64,000 bases of DNA from Marsupella aquatica (Eukaryota; Plantae; Marchantiophyta). Below, piece by piece: positions 41,203-54,213 of the stretch; within the stretch, counting starts at the first letter, position 1, and each line of letters begins with the position of its first letter. The stretch lies in NCBI GenBank assembly GCA_973895155.1, contig OZ316898.1, positions 17,784,752 to 17,848,751 on the forward strand, in the 5' to 3' direction. The notes below the pieces were generated by a model. That model saw only the letters and a list, made by a program, of their open reading frames with translations. It searched no databases and had not been told where the DNA came from. A program made the translations under genes and the position numbers.

Positions 41203-44200
41203 CAGACACCACAGCAGACACATTGCATTCATTCCCACAATAGTTTGGTTCAAGACTGTCTTGAAATCTAAAGGAAAGGGGGCTTTACAAAGAACAACAG
41301 GATTGACATTTTCTCTTTTTCCCAATCTAGATTACATTTGAACTATGTACCCCAGTGACCAGTTGCTTTGGCTTTTGAAGTGGAGTGGAAAGTGTATGCT
41401 CACTCTATTACCCCTAAATAGGAATATTCCCAAAACTATTTTTATAAACCTTAGCTTGTCCCTTAGCTTGTCTTATGATGAATTTGCTTCCAAAACCCAT
41501 TATAATGTTAGTCCAGAACAGTTTATAAGTTGTCCACTGATTCCAATTGAAAAAACCATATACCGATTCGGGCATGATGCTTGGAAGAAAATAAGATAGT
41601 GAGGACTTGAAAACAATAAATCAGTAGCAATCAGGAGACTTGAGGTCCAATTCCAATTAATTTGAGAACTTGCAGGTCTTGAATGATGCAATGCTCAGTT
41701 AGGTATTAAGCATGCAAACTGGGTTCAATTGAACGGATGTTGTATTGATGACAATAACTAATAACGCATGCTTGTTCAAAAGTACGTTGAGAAAGGAAAA
41801 TCTCTTCAAGCATTGTGGGTACCCACGTAAGTTTCATACTTCACCCTACCCAACTTGTCCATTCAAGTTGACTGCTATGTGATCCTTTCGATCATAGTCT
41901 CCTAGATGTGAAATGGGTGACATACATTATTATTAGGTGCATGTAAGAGAGGCTCTTCTAGTTCTAGAAATGATGTTTTGGTAGTGGAAGATACTCATTT
42001 TGGATTATTTTGCAAATTCATGTAAAGGATGTTGTGACCAATAATTAATGCTTGAGCCTATGCAAAGAGAAGAGGTTATTCAGGGAGGTGCATCCTTCAT
42101 TGTGCTTATCTTCAATTTGACATTTCAGTAAGCACATGGCTTGAGTATAAGCATGGCATCACTTATCAATCAAGTCTATCACTCAACTAATAATAGCAAT
42201 TGCCTCATGGCTTGAGTATAAGCATGTCTTCACTTATCAATCAAGTCTATCAGTCAACTAATAGCAATTGCCATCATCTCAGAGAGAAAGGGGATGTTGT
42301 GGCCCCAAATCCAAAATTGTGAAAATTTCGAAGATGTAACTTTGAGAAAGTTTAGTATGGGTTTCCGTGTCCATTCTCAAGAATTAGTCGCTGCGCCCTC
42401 ACCCCAACCGAGGGGGGAGGCAAACACACAAGGTTTGAGACACCCTAGTGATGACCGTCTCCCAGAGCTTGCATGTCATACTGAAAATCGACACTCACCG
42501 TTTCCTTTCCTTTTTGCCTTACAAGCCGTTGCTTCATTTGGAGAAAAAGGCCAATTTAAAACTAGGGCCAGACAAAGTACAACGGAGAAAAGGTACTTTA
42601 TGTTCACGTAGAGCTCGAACGAGACGGATCCAATCTCACTCTTATTCCTTTTTTGACGTTGTAAACCATTTTTTCAATGGAGAAAAAGGACCACTTCACA
42701 AAAAGGGCGAAACAAAGTACAACGGAGCAAAAGTGATCCCAACAGTTATACGAATTAGTTATACGAATTGATGATGTTTCTAATAGTTCGGAGCACTGAA
42801 ATTGTCGAGGTGATCGTGTCTGCATAATTTTGTCCCCAAAGCTTTTACTATTGCCCAACAGATACACTAGATTCTTGAAGGGTGCTTTGTACTTCACATT
42901 CCACATTTTAGAGCAAGCATAAACACATCATATCATGAACAGCTGCTGACTGAGCGATGGCGAAGTTGATGTTTAGAAACGGAATGTACAAATTGACGCA
43001 ATCCTTCACCGATCAAGCTCTGGTTCCACAACTGATGACTGTCCTCAGAGAAGCACGAATGCAATTTCAGGCATCGGTCTTGGCTGGCGTTGGTACGTCA
43101 GAAGAACCATCAACATCGAAGTGTGTGCATATCTTCTGCTGAAGGCTTTGCTGAGATCAAGCGTGAGACACATGACAGAATGTCCCAGTTCATGCAATGC
43201 ATAGGAGCTCGAGTTCAACGCAGTCGAAAGACAAATCGATGTCGAAGTATGCACTAAACGAGTATTATACCTCTGTAGTCCGCCGACCTGCCTGATGGAT
43301 AGGTGACCGACACTGTTTACGGCAAAAAGGGAGGGCAACGAGACAAGCATGGACAACCTCGTCTACTTAGGAGAGAACAATGACAAAGATAAAATACCCT
43401 GGCCAGGGTCTGCAATCGATACCAGCCACACAAATGCCGCATATCCAATCCATGGGTTACAACAATGGTCACAGGGTCAGTCAGCCAGTAAAACCGTTAT
43501 ATTTTATACATAGCTCGATCCCAAAAGGCCCTCCTTCCAAAAGCTCCTGATCGTCGGAAAGGACGCTACAGAGAAGACCACGCTGGCCTAGAAGAACTTC
43601 CACTCCCACGAGGAAAGTGAGAACGGCGCTGCCCGTCGAGTTACTCCGTCCCAGACACGGGGGGAAATTCCTCAGTACAGAAAATAGTCGACAAATCACT
43701 ACATTCTGCGAACAGATATTGGCCTGCAAACGAACAAGGTGGACGAGCCTGCAATGACGCGAATCTTGCATCCAGTCGCAGCAAATTGCGACGACGTTAT
43801 GGACGGAGGAGGGCAAGGTCACCACGCTTCCGTATTATGATCTAATAAATCAACGTGGGACAAAAAAGGGAGAAGATAGCAAAAGACCCCATTCAAACAA
43901 AGAACGCCTTACCAAAGTACGGAGTATCTAACAAAAAGGCATCACTCACTGAACTTTCAAAAGTAACAGTGTGTGGCAGGCAATGTAGACAAATCGTCTG
44001 TTCAAACATGAAGAAATCCACCACCGACCTCTCCCAAAAATCAAAGACAAGCGGAGCGCCGAACTAGTGTGTCGGTCGGCAGTCCTACTAGACAAAAAAA
44101 GCCCCCGCATTCTTCTACCAAGGCCGCAAACACAATTTCTTCTCCCCTGCAATTTGCAATGAATCTCTCTAATACCATAACCACAACACTGCACGTCCCA

Positions 44201-44266
44201 TGAAACGAGTAGACAGAGTATGAACAAATTGCAAACATTCCAGTTAATTTTTCACGACGAAATCTT

Positions 44267-44597
44267 TCACTTCCTTTTCTTCTTGGGAGGCTCCGACTCC
44301 GATACATCCTCCTCCGACTCTTCCTCTGCCTCGTCGTCGTCCTCCTCTTCAGCGTCCTCGCCCTCTTCATCCTCTGGCTCTTCTTCATCTCCGTCTTCGT
44401 CTCCGCCCATCTCATCCTCATCGCCCTCGTCGTCGTCGTCATCTTCGCCTTCTCCGTTCTCTTCAGTTTCACCCTCATCCTCGCCGCCCTCGTCCTCAGC
44501 TTCTTCTGCGTCCCCTTCAACGTCCTGATCGTCGTCGCCAGCTTCAAGCTTATCATCGTCGTGGTCCTCTTCCTCTTCGTAATCCTCATCGTCGTCA

Positions 44598-44629
<32 letters not shown>

Positions 44630-47080
44630 TTTCTCTGTTACTTTGGTAGTCAACAGCACGCATTGCGCTGTTGGCACAATAACTTCTTTCGCACAGCCAG
44701 AAACCTGCTCCGCACTGGTCTCATTTGTGGCAGAGACTTGCTTGGGGGACTGATCGACCTACGAGAAACAAAAAGTCTAACAATTAGACAATGCAAGTCT
44801 CCACTGTTCTTATATTGTCAACTGAGAGCATATGAAAACGACGTGTCTTACTCTTCATGTTGCCAACTTCATTAATGCGCCGAGCAGGGAGGCAAACGGT
44901 ATCTCAAGAGATGTTGTGTTATATCTGAGGGCTGTTGGCTACTGTATGCATGGCGGTCGGGTCTACAAAGCGTTCATTCTTGAACACTCAAATCGATGCG
45001 CGCAACACCAACTTAACCGACGCTGAGGCAATCGAGAGATACGTAGACCCGAGACGGTAATAGTCACGGAAGCGAAGGATACTACGTCGGTCTTTTGAGC
45101 AGATGGTCTTTCTTCTGCATTCTACAGCGATCGACAGCGGATTCTCATCAATGTGATCGCTGACTTGCCGCTCGGACAAGTAGAGCTCTGCTGATGCTTC
45201 AAAATACTTGAATAGTGTTTCCGCGACTTCCCCACCAAACCCACCTCTTTCAAACTTTTGACGGCCCACTGGAACACCACCCACTTAAACGATGGACTCC
45301 AGAAGACGATATAGGATCCTGAGATCCCAGAGAAGTCACTTAACCGTTGGGGTTTGGGGCTCCAAAGAGGACACACGAGATAACATGCTAAATGTATCTA
45401 TCACATGCATGGAAGGTCAGCAGCAAGTTCAACAGGTTTACAGTCACGATCGAACAGTAAGGTATAAGGTAGACCCTGCTTGATTGAGACATCTACGAGG
45501 CAGGATTGTACTACAAGAATCTGGATTTCCCGACTATTATTTCGGAGCTAGCAAATGCACCGATTCCAGAGCAAATTTCACACGATCGGTATGGGTGATA
45601 TAACTCCTGTCATTCGAAGAGCAAATTTTACACGATCGGCATGGGTGATATAACTTCTGTCATTTCGAAGAGCAGTCGATGACTGACACAACTGTTTAGA
45701 GCATGAAAGAGCAGAAACCTTGGCAAACTTTGGAACAAAGGCTAGCCACAACAGAAGCTCATAACTCGGCAAAATCTTAAATTTGGACGACTCGGAATGC
45801 CCAGGTCAATGAAAGAACTGCTACAGTTCGATCGATTGATTAATTCCCCATAGCCAGAGGCGCTAGTTGGTCGACGGGCTTAAGGACTCCTCGAACAGAA
45901 ATAGTTGTGGTCAAAATCTGTACTCAGGAAGAGGAAAGGAAAGTGAAGAGAAAAACAATAAGGAAAGGAGGAAGGAACAACACCAGAAACGCTGAAGAGA
46001 CTGCAGTACATATCAATCACTTTGAAAGGCCCCGACAATATCATTTTCATTGTGGAAGTGACACTTCTAACGAGTAGATAGACGAGGCTGCACCCCACAG
46101 GTTAGTTTAACTCTAACCGCGACGGTGGGAACATCTTTGGCCGGTTACAGAGTAATCCTATTTCTTAACATACGAGCTCACCCCATCCGACAATTTTTTT
46201 TGAAAGGATTGGTGACCAGTTTCCGTCAAGATACTTGCATGTGACAAACCAAAAGCATCGTTTAGCTTTGCCTTAATGTCCATCGTGGTGCTAAGGACTG
46301 TTCCTGGAGCAGCAGCAACAGCACTTGGCTTCAAGAGTTGGCTCATGTCAGATGAAGCCACCCCCTGTGCTGCTATTCCTCAAGAAATGTACAAGGGTTG
46401 TTAGTCCCTGCAAACACACGCACATCACCGTGCGGGGACGCAACAAAATAGAAGAGAGTGTCTCATTCGATACCGTAGCAGAAGAGACATGGTCACCACT
46501 TCTATGGGGACGGGTGCAAAGATGACTTCCGAACAGTGACAACCGTCCACAATAATAATTTCCTCTACACAAGCTCGTGAAAATGTGACAACTCCTCTCT
46601 TTCTTCCCGAAATATTGGCTACATCGATGCCCAACCGCAGAGGTATTTCCAACCATCGGAGCCATTGATAAGCGTCATTAACATGCGTTCAACCAGAGCC
46701 AGGCAGGGACTCGCTACACTTTGCCAAAACATAATTTGCAAAAAGATATCAATTAGAGTTTGGAGAGGAACAGGGTGACACTTCAGAGAGCACAAAGAGG
46801 CGAGAGGCATTACAAAAGTATGGACGCTAAAATAAACCAAAAGTGGGAAAAACAAGAAAAGGTCAGGAGATACCTCTTGGCCAAATTGCCGCTTGTTGCA
46901 CACGACAGCCAGATCGTTCATGATTTTCATGACACCCGCTTGCATCGTCTGCGCCATCTGGAACTGAAGCACCGTCGCTTTCGCCAATTCGTTCACGCAT
47001 AGCAGCAGCTCGGCTGCCGTCTGCTGCTGCTGCATTGAGCCCGACCACACGAACCCTCCCACAGCAGGCACCATCTCCAC
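44267..47080 (-). CDS. Acidic nuclear protein with C-terminal NLS EPPKKKRK, paralog B; core exons 46346-46182 and 44758-44267 (218 aa), plus upstream exon 47080-46874 whose joining is unresolved
   Basis: D/E tract ending SEPPKKKRK*. Donor GG|GTGAGC at 46181 and acceptor CGTAG| at 44759 join in phase 0. The upstream exon MEMVPAVGGFVW... ends at donor AG|GTATCT. Confidence 0.7.
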
Positions 47081-49342
47081 TCTGTTAAGACCTCACCAAC
47101 GCTGCATCCCTCCTCCCCTCCCTCTCTATTTCCTGTGCCGGCTCTCAGCCGCCACAACTCCAAATCACTTCACTCCTCGCCTCCCCGATGTGTGCCGAAT
47201 TCTAACCACAAACCTCTCCAACTTTGCCAAGTCAACAACAAGAACAGCAACCCAAATTCCGCACAAGCAACGCTTTGCTCCGGTACAAGATGACTCACGA
47301 CGCTAATTCTTCGGGCAGGCAGGCAAGCAGGTTCCGTCTCGAACCACCACAGGGGGAAATTGTGACGGTTCCGGAAGAACTCCAAAGCTTATTACGGAGT
47401 ATTCTATTCCCGGTGTCGGTTGTGTGGAGGTGGTGGGGCACGGCAAGCGGGAAAGGCGACAGACGTTGTTGATGGGAAAGGCAGGCAGGCAGGCAGGCGG
47501 ACTCGAACTGCCGAATGTAGCTGAAGGAGAAACCTTCTGGGCTTTTGGTGTGTACTCGTCGTGAGTGTGCGCTTCTTCCTCCCTCCCTCCCTCCCTCCCC
47601 TGCCTCGCTTCGATCCTAGCTTTGATTGATTGCTGCCGCCATTGCAACGTACTGTTGCACTAAAGATCTCTCTCTAGCCTGCCTGCTGCTGCGCTGATCT
47701 CTAGCATTACAACTTACTATTGCACAATCATGGTGATTCGGTCGGGACGTGGAATGGATGGAGCTGTTGTGTCTTTCCGTCTGTTCTCCACTTGGAATGC
47801 AACCCAACGTTCTTTCTCGTGTTCGTTGGTCTTCTTCGATGCCTCACTGCCTTCGTTGGACGGGTGTCTCTGTACTACTGTGAGGTGTAATTAGGCTCGC
47901 ACAAAGTATAATTAATTAAAGATTCGCTGCCCATTAAGCGACCTTCCTGAAATGGTGGGTCTAGAAAATTAATTAAAAATTGGGAGCTCTTTTTGAAGAT
48001 GTACTCTTACCTTGTTTCCTGCTATTCCCATGGACTGTCATAATGAACAAATCATTTTACACGTGATGAGATGACAGCCTATCGCAAATGGATGGTAAAA
48101 TTGTCTCATTAATTCTTTACCGACATTTCTACTTTTCTGTTACCCTAAGAACATTATGTGTTCACTCAAAGTTAAATTGAGAATGTACATGCACTGGAAT
48201 GAAAATGCACATTAAAAATATTCTATAGCTATACAGTGGCAAAGTAATCGAAGCACTCCTTGGAACAACGACACTGTCGTATGAAAAAACATGATTTCCA
48301 TTAGCTCCAATCCAAAAATTACTTGAAGCGTGCTTCTTGTAACAAAAGTAGAATGCATCAACAATACTCCAAAAAACAAATATCAAGTAACCTTTATAGC
48401 AGTAAATTAGTCAAAATATTATTTATAACAATAACAATGGTCTCTGAAAAATGAACTTAAAGCCCCGATGGACACGGAGCTTTGCATATACGACCCGGAT
48501 GGACACACTGGATTTACAGTGTCACGACTACCTTCATTGACACCCAAAACGTATTACCGGTCTCTCATTAACGGAACTTAATCTGGGACCGGAGGACTTA
48601 ACGTTGCCTTAGTGTGTGCATTGTTTTTCCGTCCTTCCTCCAACCCACGAGTTGTCCACACTGTTCAAGGTCGAGCTGCTTCTGCCACGAGAAGCAAAAG
48701 CCAGAGCTTTGCCCCTTGGCATCGCAGAGGAAGCACAAGCCCTCGTTGAGATTGAATGTAGGATGCGCTGCGACACAGAGACTAGCTGCACTGCGCTACG
48801 ATTTGGGGGGCTAGTTCCGTTGCGCTTTGATTCAGGCTATCGGCGGCTGTGATTCACGCTATCGGGGGCTGGTTGCGCTGCAAAACATGATTGAGGCGTT
48901 GCAAAGCTGCGCTGCGATTCAGGGGCTGTGATTGAGGGGCTACGCTTTGTTGCGAATCACTATGAAACATGATTGAGTTTGGCTGGCTGCGCTGCGCTGC
49001 GATTGAGGCTATCAAACTGCACTGCACTACAAAAACCGGGGGGCATGCTGCGCTGCGATTGAGGCTATCAAACTGCACTGCACTACAAAAACCGGGGGGG
49101 CATGCTGCGCTGCGAAAGGAGGGATGCCTAGCTGGAAGTGGTGAGGTGGAGAATTGGGGCGCAGCAGGGAGGTTATATTGGAACAACTTCGACAATTCAT
49201 TGATTGCTCATGCCCGACTCTTGGGTGAAGCAATTTTTGACATCAGGTGGAGACTTAAACTTTATAGATGTTTCCTTTGTTGTTGAAAACAGTGATGCTA
49301 TTCGTTGGCAACAAAGATGTGAAATGTACTTACATACATTGA

Positions 49343-52341
49343 ATGCAAAATCATAACCAGGATGTTCAAATTCCCAAGATTGTAACTACTGTGAATAATG
49401 CACAGGAGTTAAACGGGGGCACATACACCATGGACCCTGAAGATATCTCTGGTTCTGGATCTTGGCCAGATTCACACGAACATGACCTACAATGTCAATC
49501 CTATCACACCACTAATTCTGGATCTTCTAGTGACAACACTGAAGAAGAATCACAGCCCGCATTTGATGACAATAACTATCCTGAATGGACCTGCGCTTCT
49601 GAAGGCCATACAAAATTGAGGCAGAACCCTGAGAAATATCCACATATTGATATCAGTGAGCTTGTCCAAGATGACTTTCACTCGGTCTTAGATCCAGCGG
49701 AATCAGGTACAGGCTATGTACCCCCAACTCATTCATTTGTCAACATTTATTCATTTCTGGTTCAGTTCCCTTGTTTAACTATGATTGGCAATTGCCATGC
49801 AGAATTTGTGAGCAATCATCAACCATCTGAGTTGGAACTGAAATTGCTCAAAGGGCAACAGTATGTGTCTTGGAATGAATTTAATAGAGCATTAGATGAA
49901 TATGAGGCCAAAGCAGGATGGAGTTTCACCAGATTAGCTAGGAATAAAACCAGATTCATGGGTAAGTGTAGAGGGTTTGACGTGAATGATTTGAACTCCT
50001 GCAAAGCTGAACTTTATGTCAGGCACATGAAAAAAAGTGGTAGAGTTTGCATACAGAAAAGGTACCTTATCCACACCTGTTCACAATTGTCACACAAGTG
50101 GAGACATGGTGCTCATAAGAGACGATGGGTAGAGGAAAAGGTACAGTCAAGCATCCGTGTTAACCCTAACACGTCCAATAAAGACTTGAGAGGGCACATT
50201 AGTGATATCCATTCTGTAGATACGACTGTGTGGACTGCACAACGAGCACGGCGGAAAGTTATCCGAAAGCTAGGTGGTGATCATGGCACTTCCTTCCAGA
50301 TGATTCCAGCATATGTGGCTAAAGTGAAACATACCGACCCTGGATCACACGTACTGTATGAAACATATGAAACTGACAATCGATTCCGCAGAATTTTCAT
50401 GGCACCAGCATCTTCACAAAATGCATTCATCCATGTTTGACCTTTTGTTGGGATGGATGCTACACACACATGTAACACCAGTGAGAGGGTTTCATACATT
50501 TCATACCATATCATTGAATTGATTTCTATTTGACTATCACTGCAAGCACCTACTACATCACTAATATCTCTCTCTTGCAATAGGAGGCGAATTTCCCATG
50601 ATTATATTACTGGCTACAACCTTTGATTGTAACAATCCCATTTTGCTATTAGCATGGGCTGTTGTTGGGGTCGAGAACAAGGAAAATTGGATTTTGGTTC
50701 ATGGCTCATCTTGATCGAGCCTATCCTAGAATGAGGATGGAGAGAGAGATTGTCATTGTCTCAGACTGTGATAAAGGCTTGATCCCAGCAGTTCAAACCA
50801 TCTGGGGTGACATTCATCACTCTTTTTGCACACGACATATTAGGGCAAATGTAATAACCAACTCAGACAAAGCACTTGGTGACTGGTTTCTTAAGGTATG
50901 TCATTCCATTTATTAATTTTATGCAATTTGACCTTTTGCCCACCATACATTCACTTGTTATGACTCGATTTAGTACTTACTTCACTCATATGTCTTTTGA
51001 CTGGTCAGTTGGCCCGTGAGGTTTGCAAATCCGAGTTTGATCGCATGTTGGATGAGTACCAGCCACTGAATGACCATCAGGAAGCTGGGATCAGATATAT
51101 TCGAGCCATTGACCCAAAGCTATACTCACGTCATGCCTTTCCAGTACCAAGGTCAAACACCAACACGACCTTGACTTTTGTTTAAACCGTATCATATTCT
51201 TTGTTTCAGGATTTTGATTATTGTACATGTTGGTATGTAGGTGGGGTCATACTACCTCAAACGTAGTGGAGATTTTGAATGGAGTAATGAAACCTATTCA
51301 CAAATTGCCTGCATTACTAATATGCAAGGAACTGTGGGACTACACAATGACCAAGCATTATAGCAGAGCAATTGAGGCAGCAAGTAAGAATCAATTTGAT
51401 CTTTTGAATACTTACATTTTTTTCTTGCATGAACGCCTACCTTTGTGGCAGTAAGTATTAATTTGTACATATTGCATGTATTGTAGCTTGGCCTGCAGGT
51501 GATAATAGCTTGACTCAACATGCAACATGGATGTTGAATACATTGTACACAAAAGCCGGGGGGTTGATGAGCGTCCATCATCAGCCACAACTGCTTTGAT
51601 GTGTGATGCCCAAGGACAATGGGCCCTGGATGTTGAGTCAAGACAATGTGAATGCAAAGATTGGGTTGAGATGGGGTTTCCGTGTGTTCATGTAGTGAAA
51701 TTTTGTCGCAATCGAGGATTGGATGAGAAATTATACATTGACAACATTTGGAAAGCCAAATCGCAGGTTAGTAGGTCAGATTTATCCAAGGTCAGATTTA
51801 TCCAAGGTCATATTGATCCATTCCATTGACGTGGATACTTGGCCTGCAGGTACTGGCTTACACTGTCAGTCTTCCCCCAATTTCATTAGATGGTTTACAA
51901 CAAGATGCGAAGTCTCTCCAGCCTCTTATTGTTGCATCTAAGAAGAAGGCATCTGTGTCAATGAAGCGAATGAAATCAAGGTAATTCATGTTCTACATGA
52001 AGCTATATAATTCATTCCATTCTCAAAATTCAGGCTATGCTAATTATGAAATGTTTGTATATAGGTTTGAGGGTGTCATTGCCTCTGAGCGCATTGCAGC
52101 CAAGCAACACCAAAAGTGTGGTATTTGTGGAAAACTAGGCCATAAGCGTCGAGGATGTGTTGTCCCAAACCAAAGAGCACAGGTCCGCATGAACAGGTCT
52201 GCTGATTTTTTGAGGGTTTGCTCCATTCACACAATGGAGAGGGACAAGATTGAGGCTGAATGGATGATTTGGGATACCCGACCTGCACCCAAAATCTCTT
52301 TTTCTCAATGGTATGAGAAGACTCAGCAAAGTAGGGTATAG
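49343..52341 (+). pseudogene. MuDR/MURA-like transposase (multi-exon, inactivated)
   Basis: N-terminal Mutator DNA-binding-like region (LLKGQQYVSWNEF...C...C...HTC). DDE motifs PFVGMDATH, VIVSDCDKGL, CTRH, TTSNVVEILN; SWIM CECKDWVEMGFPCVH; knuckle CGICGKLGHKRRGC. In-frame TGA at 50438-50440 and a +1 frameshift near 50690. Confidence 0.9.
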
Positions 52342-52539
52342 GAAGTGATTTTTTACATGAGTTGATCAGGCATAGCATTCACAAGACATTGAGTGAATTA
52401 CTATGAAGCTGTCACTACTAGTGCTACATTAACATGATTGACTATAATTATGGGCTACTATAATTTATGGGCTTCAGTTTACATATCCTGAACCAAGTTG
52501 TATTGAGAACGCAACTCTTCCAAATACTCTATGGATCGC

Positions 52540-53442
52540 CTAACTTCTGCTTCCTTTGCTGCGTAGATGACTCAGGTATGCTGAGCGTACATTTTGGTGA
52601 GTGCAGTCATAATATGTATCACTAGGTGGAGATTGAACATCTCCAATGTCCAAGCGATGCAAAGAATGATCCAAATCATCTACTCCATCATCACTCTCAC
52701 GCTCCAAATCAGGGGATGTCACTGGAATTGGCCTCATGATATTGTGTGAGTCTGGACTCCCATACTCCTCGCATGAAGAAGCGGCAACACACTCCCCAAC
52801 ATACCGGATTTGATGCTCAAGGGAGTAAGTGGGTGTTGGGTGAGATTCATAACCCGTAGTGATAATGTGTCCTGGCAAGGGTGTGGCATGAAATGAACAT
52901 ACATTTGTTAGGGTCATGCCAACAATATACCAAGCTGAATCATCTGATTGCTCCACAGGACGCTGAAATATTATCTCAAAAATGAAGTATGTGCCAAGGA
53001 GGTTCTGCATGCGTGATCGAAGAAGGTCACGCTGCTCCAAAAAAGGTTGTATAGAGAACTCAATAGCATCATATGAAGAGGGTCCAACCCTCAGGATGTC
53101 ACTGCCAACATCCCACACTGCACACTCCACGGTCTGCACATCGTCTATAAGGACCACCCAAAACCGCCAGAACCAAGTTGTCGTGTTTCGGTTGTCACAT
53201 GGACCATCGTGAGTTGAGGGGTACTGTCCACCATGTAGGTCCAAAGAGCATGATGGAGCCGTAGATCTTTTGCACAATTTACTTGAGTTACGGATCTTTT
53301 GTCCACAACCCAAATAGGTGAAACACCCTAGCACAGGGAGGATGTGAGTCAATCGAGTTCAAATGTGTGCTTGAATCTGTGCACCATACGACAAGTCTTG
53401 GCCACGAGCGAGTATGGAATCCAGTGTGTGGACACCAGTCAT
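52540..53442 (-). pseudogene. RPA1 C-terminal (Zn-ribbon OB-fold)-like cargo gene with one in-frame TGA (53361-53359)
   Basis: The ATG at 53442 is in frame with the 52540-53352 ORF across a single TGA. FTYLGC..CKRS..C..WRFWVVLIDDVQTVECAVWDVGSDIL follows the RPA70 DBD-C pattern YxAC..CxKK..C..RY.L...D.TG...T.F...AE.LL. Confidence 0.55.
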
Positions 53443-53711
53443 GCGAGTGCGATTATGACAAGATTTTTGCATCCAACAGTGCATCATGTACAAAACCAAC
53501 CATGCTCAGTGGGTGCCTTATGGGCTCATTATGTCCATGAACATGCAGCTTGAAGTTGAATATGAGTGCATAACAAGGGCAGTTACAATGGGCCGTTCAG
53601 AGCAGACTTGGATTAAAATATCCGTGCTGGAAATGATCATGTAATATAATTATAAGACAATGTATCGATTCTTAATTACAAGAATGAATCTCAAAGTGAA
53701 CTACAACCTGT

Positions 53712-54212
53712 CTACAAAGCAGGGCCAAAATTGTGACTCCATCCATCATTGGTAATGCACAAAATTTCTTCAATGACATGCTGGTCCTGTCTGAGGTACC
53801 CAACCCCTAATTCCAACATCACATCTAAACTCCATCCTGCAAGCCACCATTTAGGATGGGGACCAGGTCCTGATAGTACAGGTCCCAACGCCCTCCAATA
53901 ATCTGAGTCAACCACATGTCTCCACCCTGTATTAATGCATCTAAGAGACATTATGTTGTGAGCCTCGCAGGGAACTAACAGTCTTGGCCAAATATGGGTG
54001 AGGACTAAATCATTTGGCAGAGGAGGAAGGAGGTGGGTATGCTGAGTATACCCAATCCCCTCCGCTTCACCCTGCCCCTCTGCTGCACCAGACTGAAGGG
54101 CAGAATCCATAGTAGGGCAGTTTAGAGGCCCTTGAAGGAACCTAAAGAAGGCAATGATCAGTGACATTGCACAATGCATCATGTCTACTAGAGCCCAACA
54201 AACCCAGGCCAT
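53712..54212 (-). CDS. F-box-only cargo protein (start 54212 or 54110)
   Basis: LLPPLPNDLVLTHIWPRL...MSLRCINTGWRHVV is a plant-type F-box signature. Only ~60 aa follow, with no Kelch or LRR repeats. The ORF is uninterrupted. Confidence 0.7.
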   Translation of the reverse strand: MAWVCWALVDMMHCAMSLIIAFFRFLQGPLNCPTMDSALQSGAAEGQGEAEGIGYTQHTHLLPPLPNDLVLTHIWPRLLVPCEAHNIMSLRCINTGWRHVVDSDYWRALGPVLSGPGPHPKWWLAGWSLDVMLELGVGYLRQDQHVIEEILCITNDGWSHNFGPAL

Positions 54213-54213
54213 G

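Noticed and set aside
41700-42280. Possible hAT transposase remnant (VVTNN-like motif)
   Set aside because: Too degenerate; no termini or continuous frame support it.
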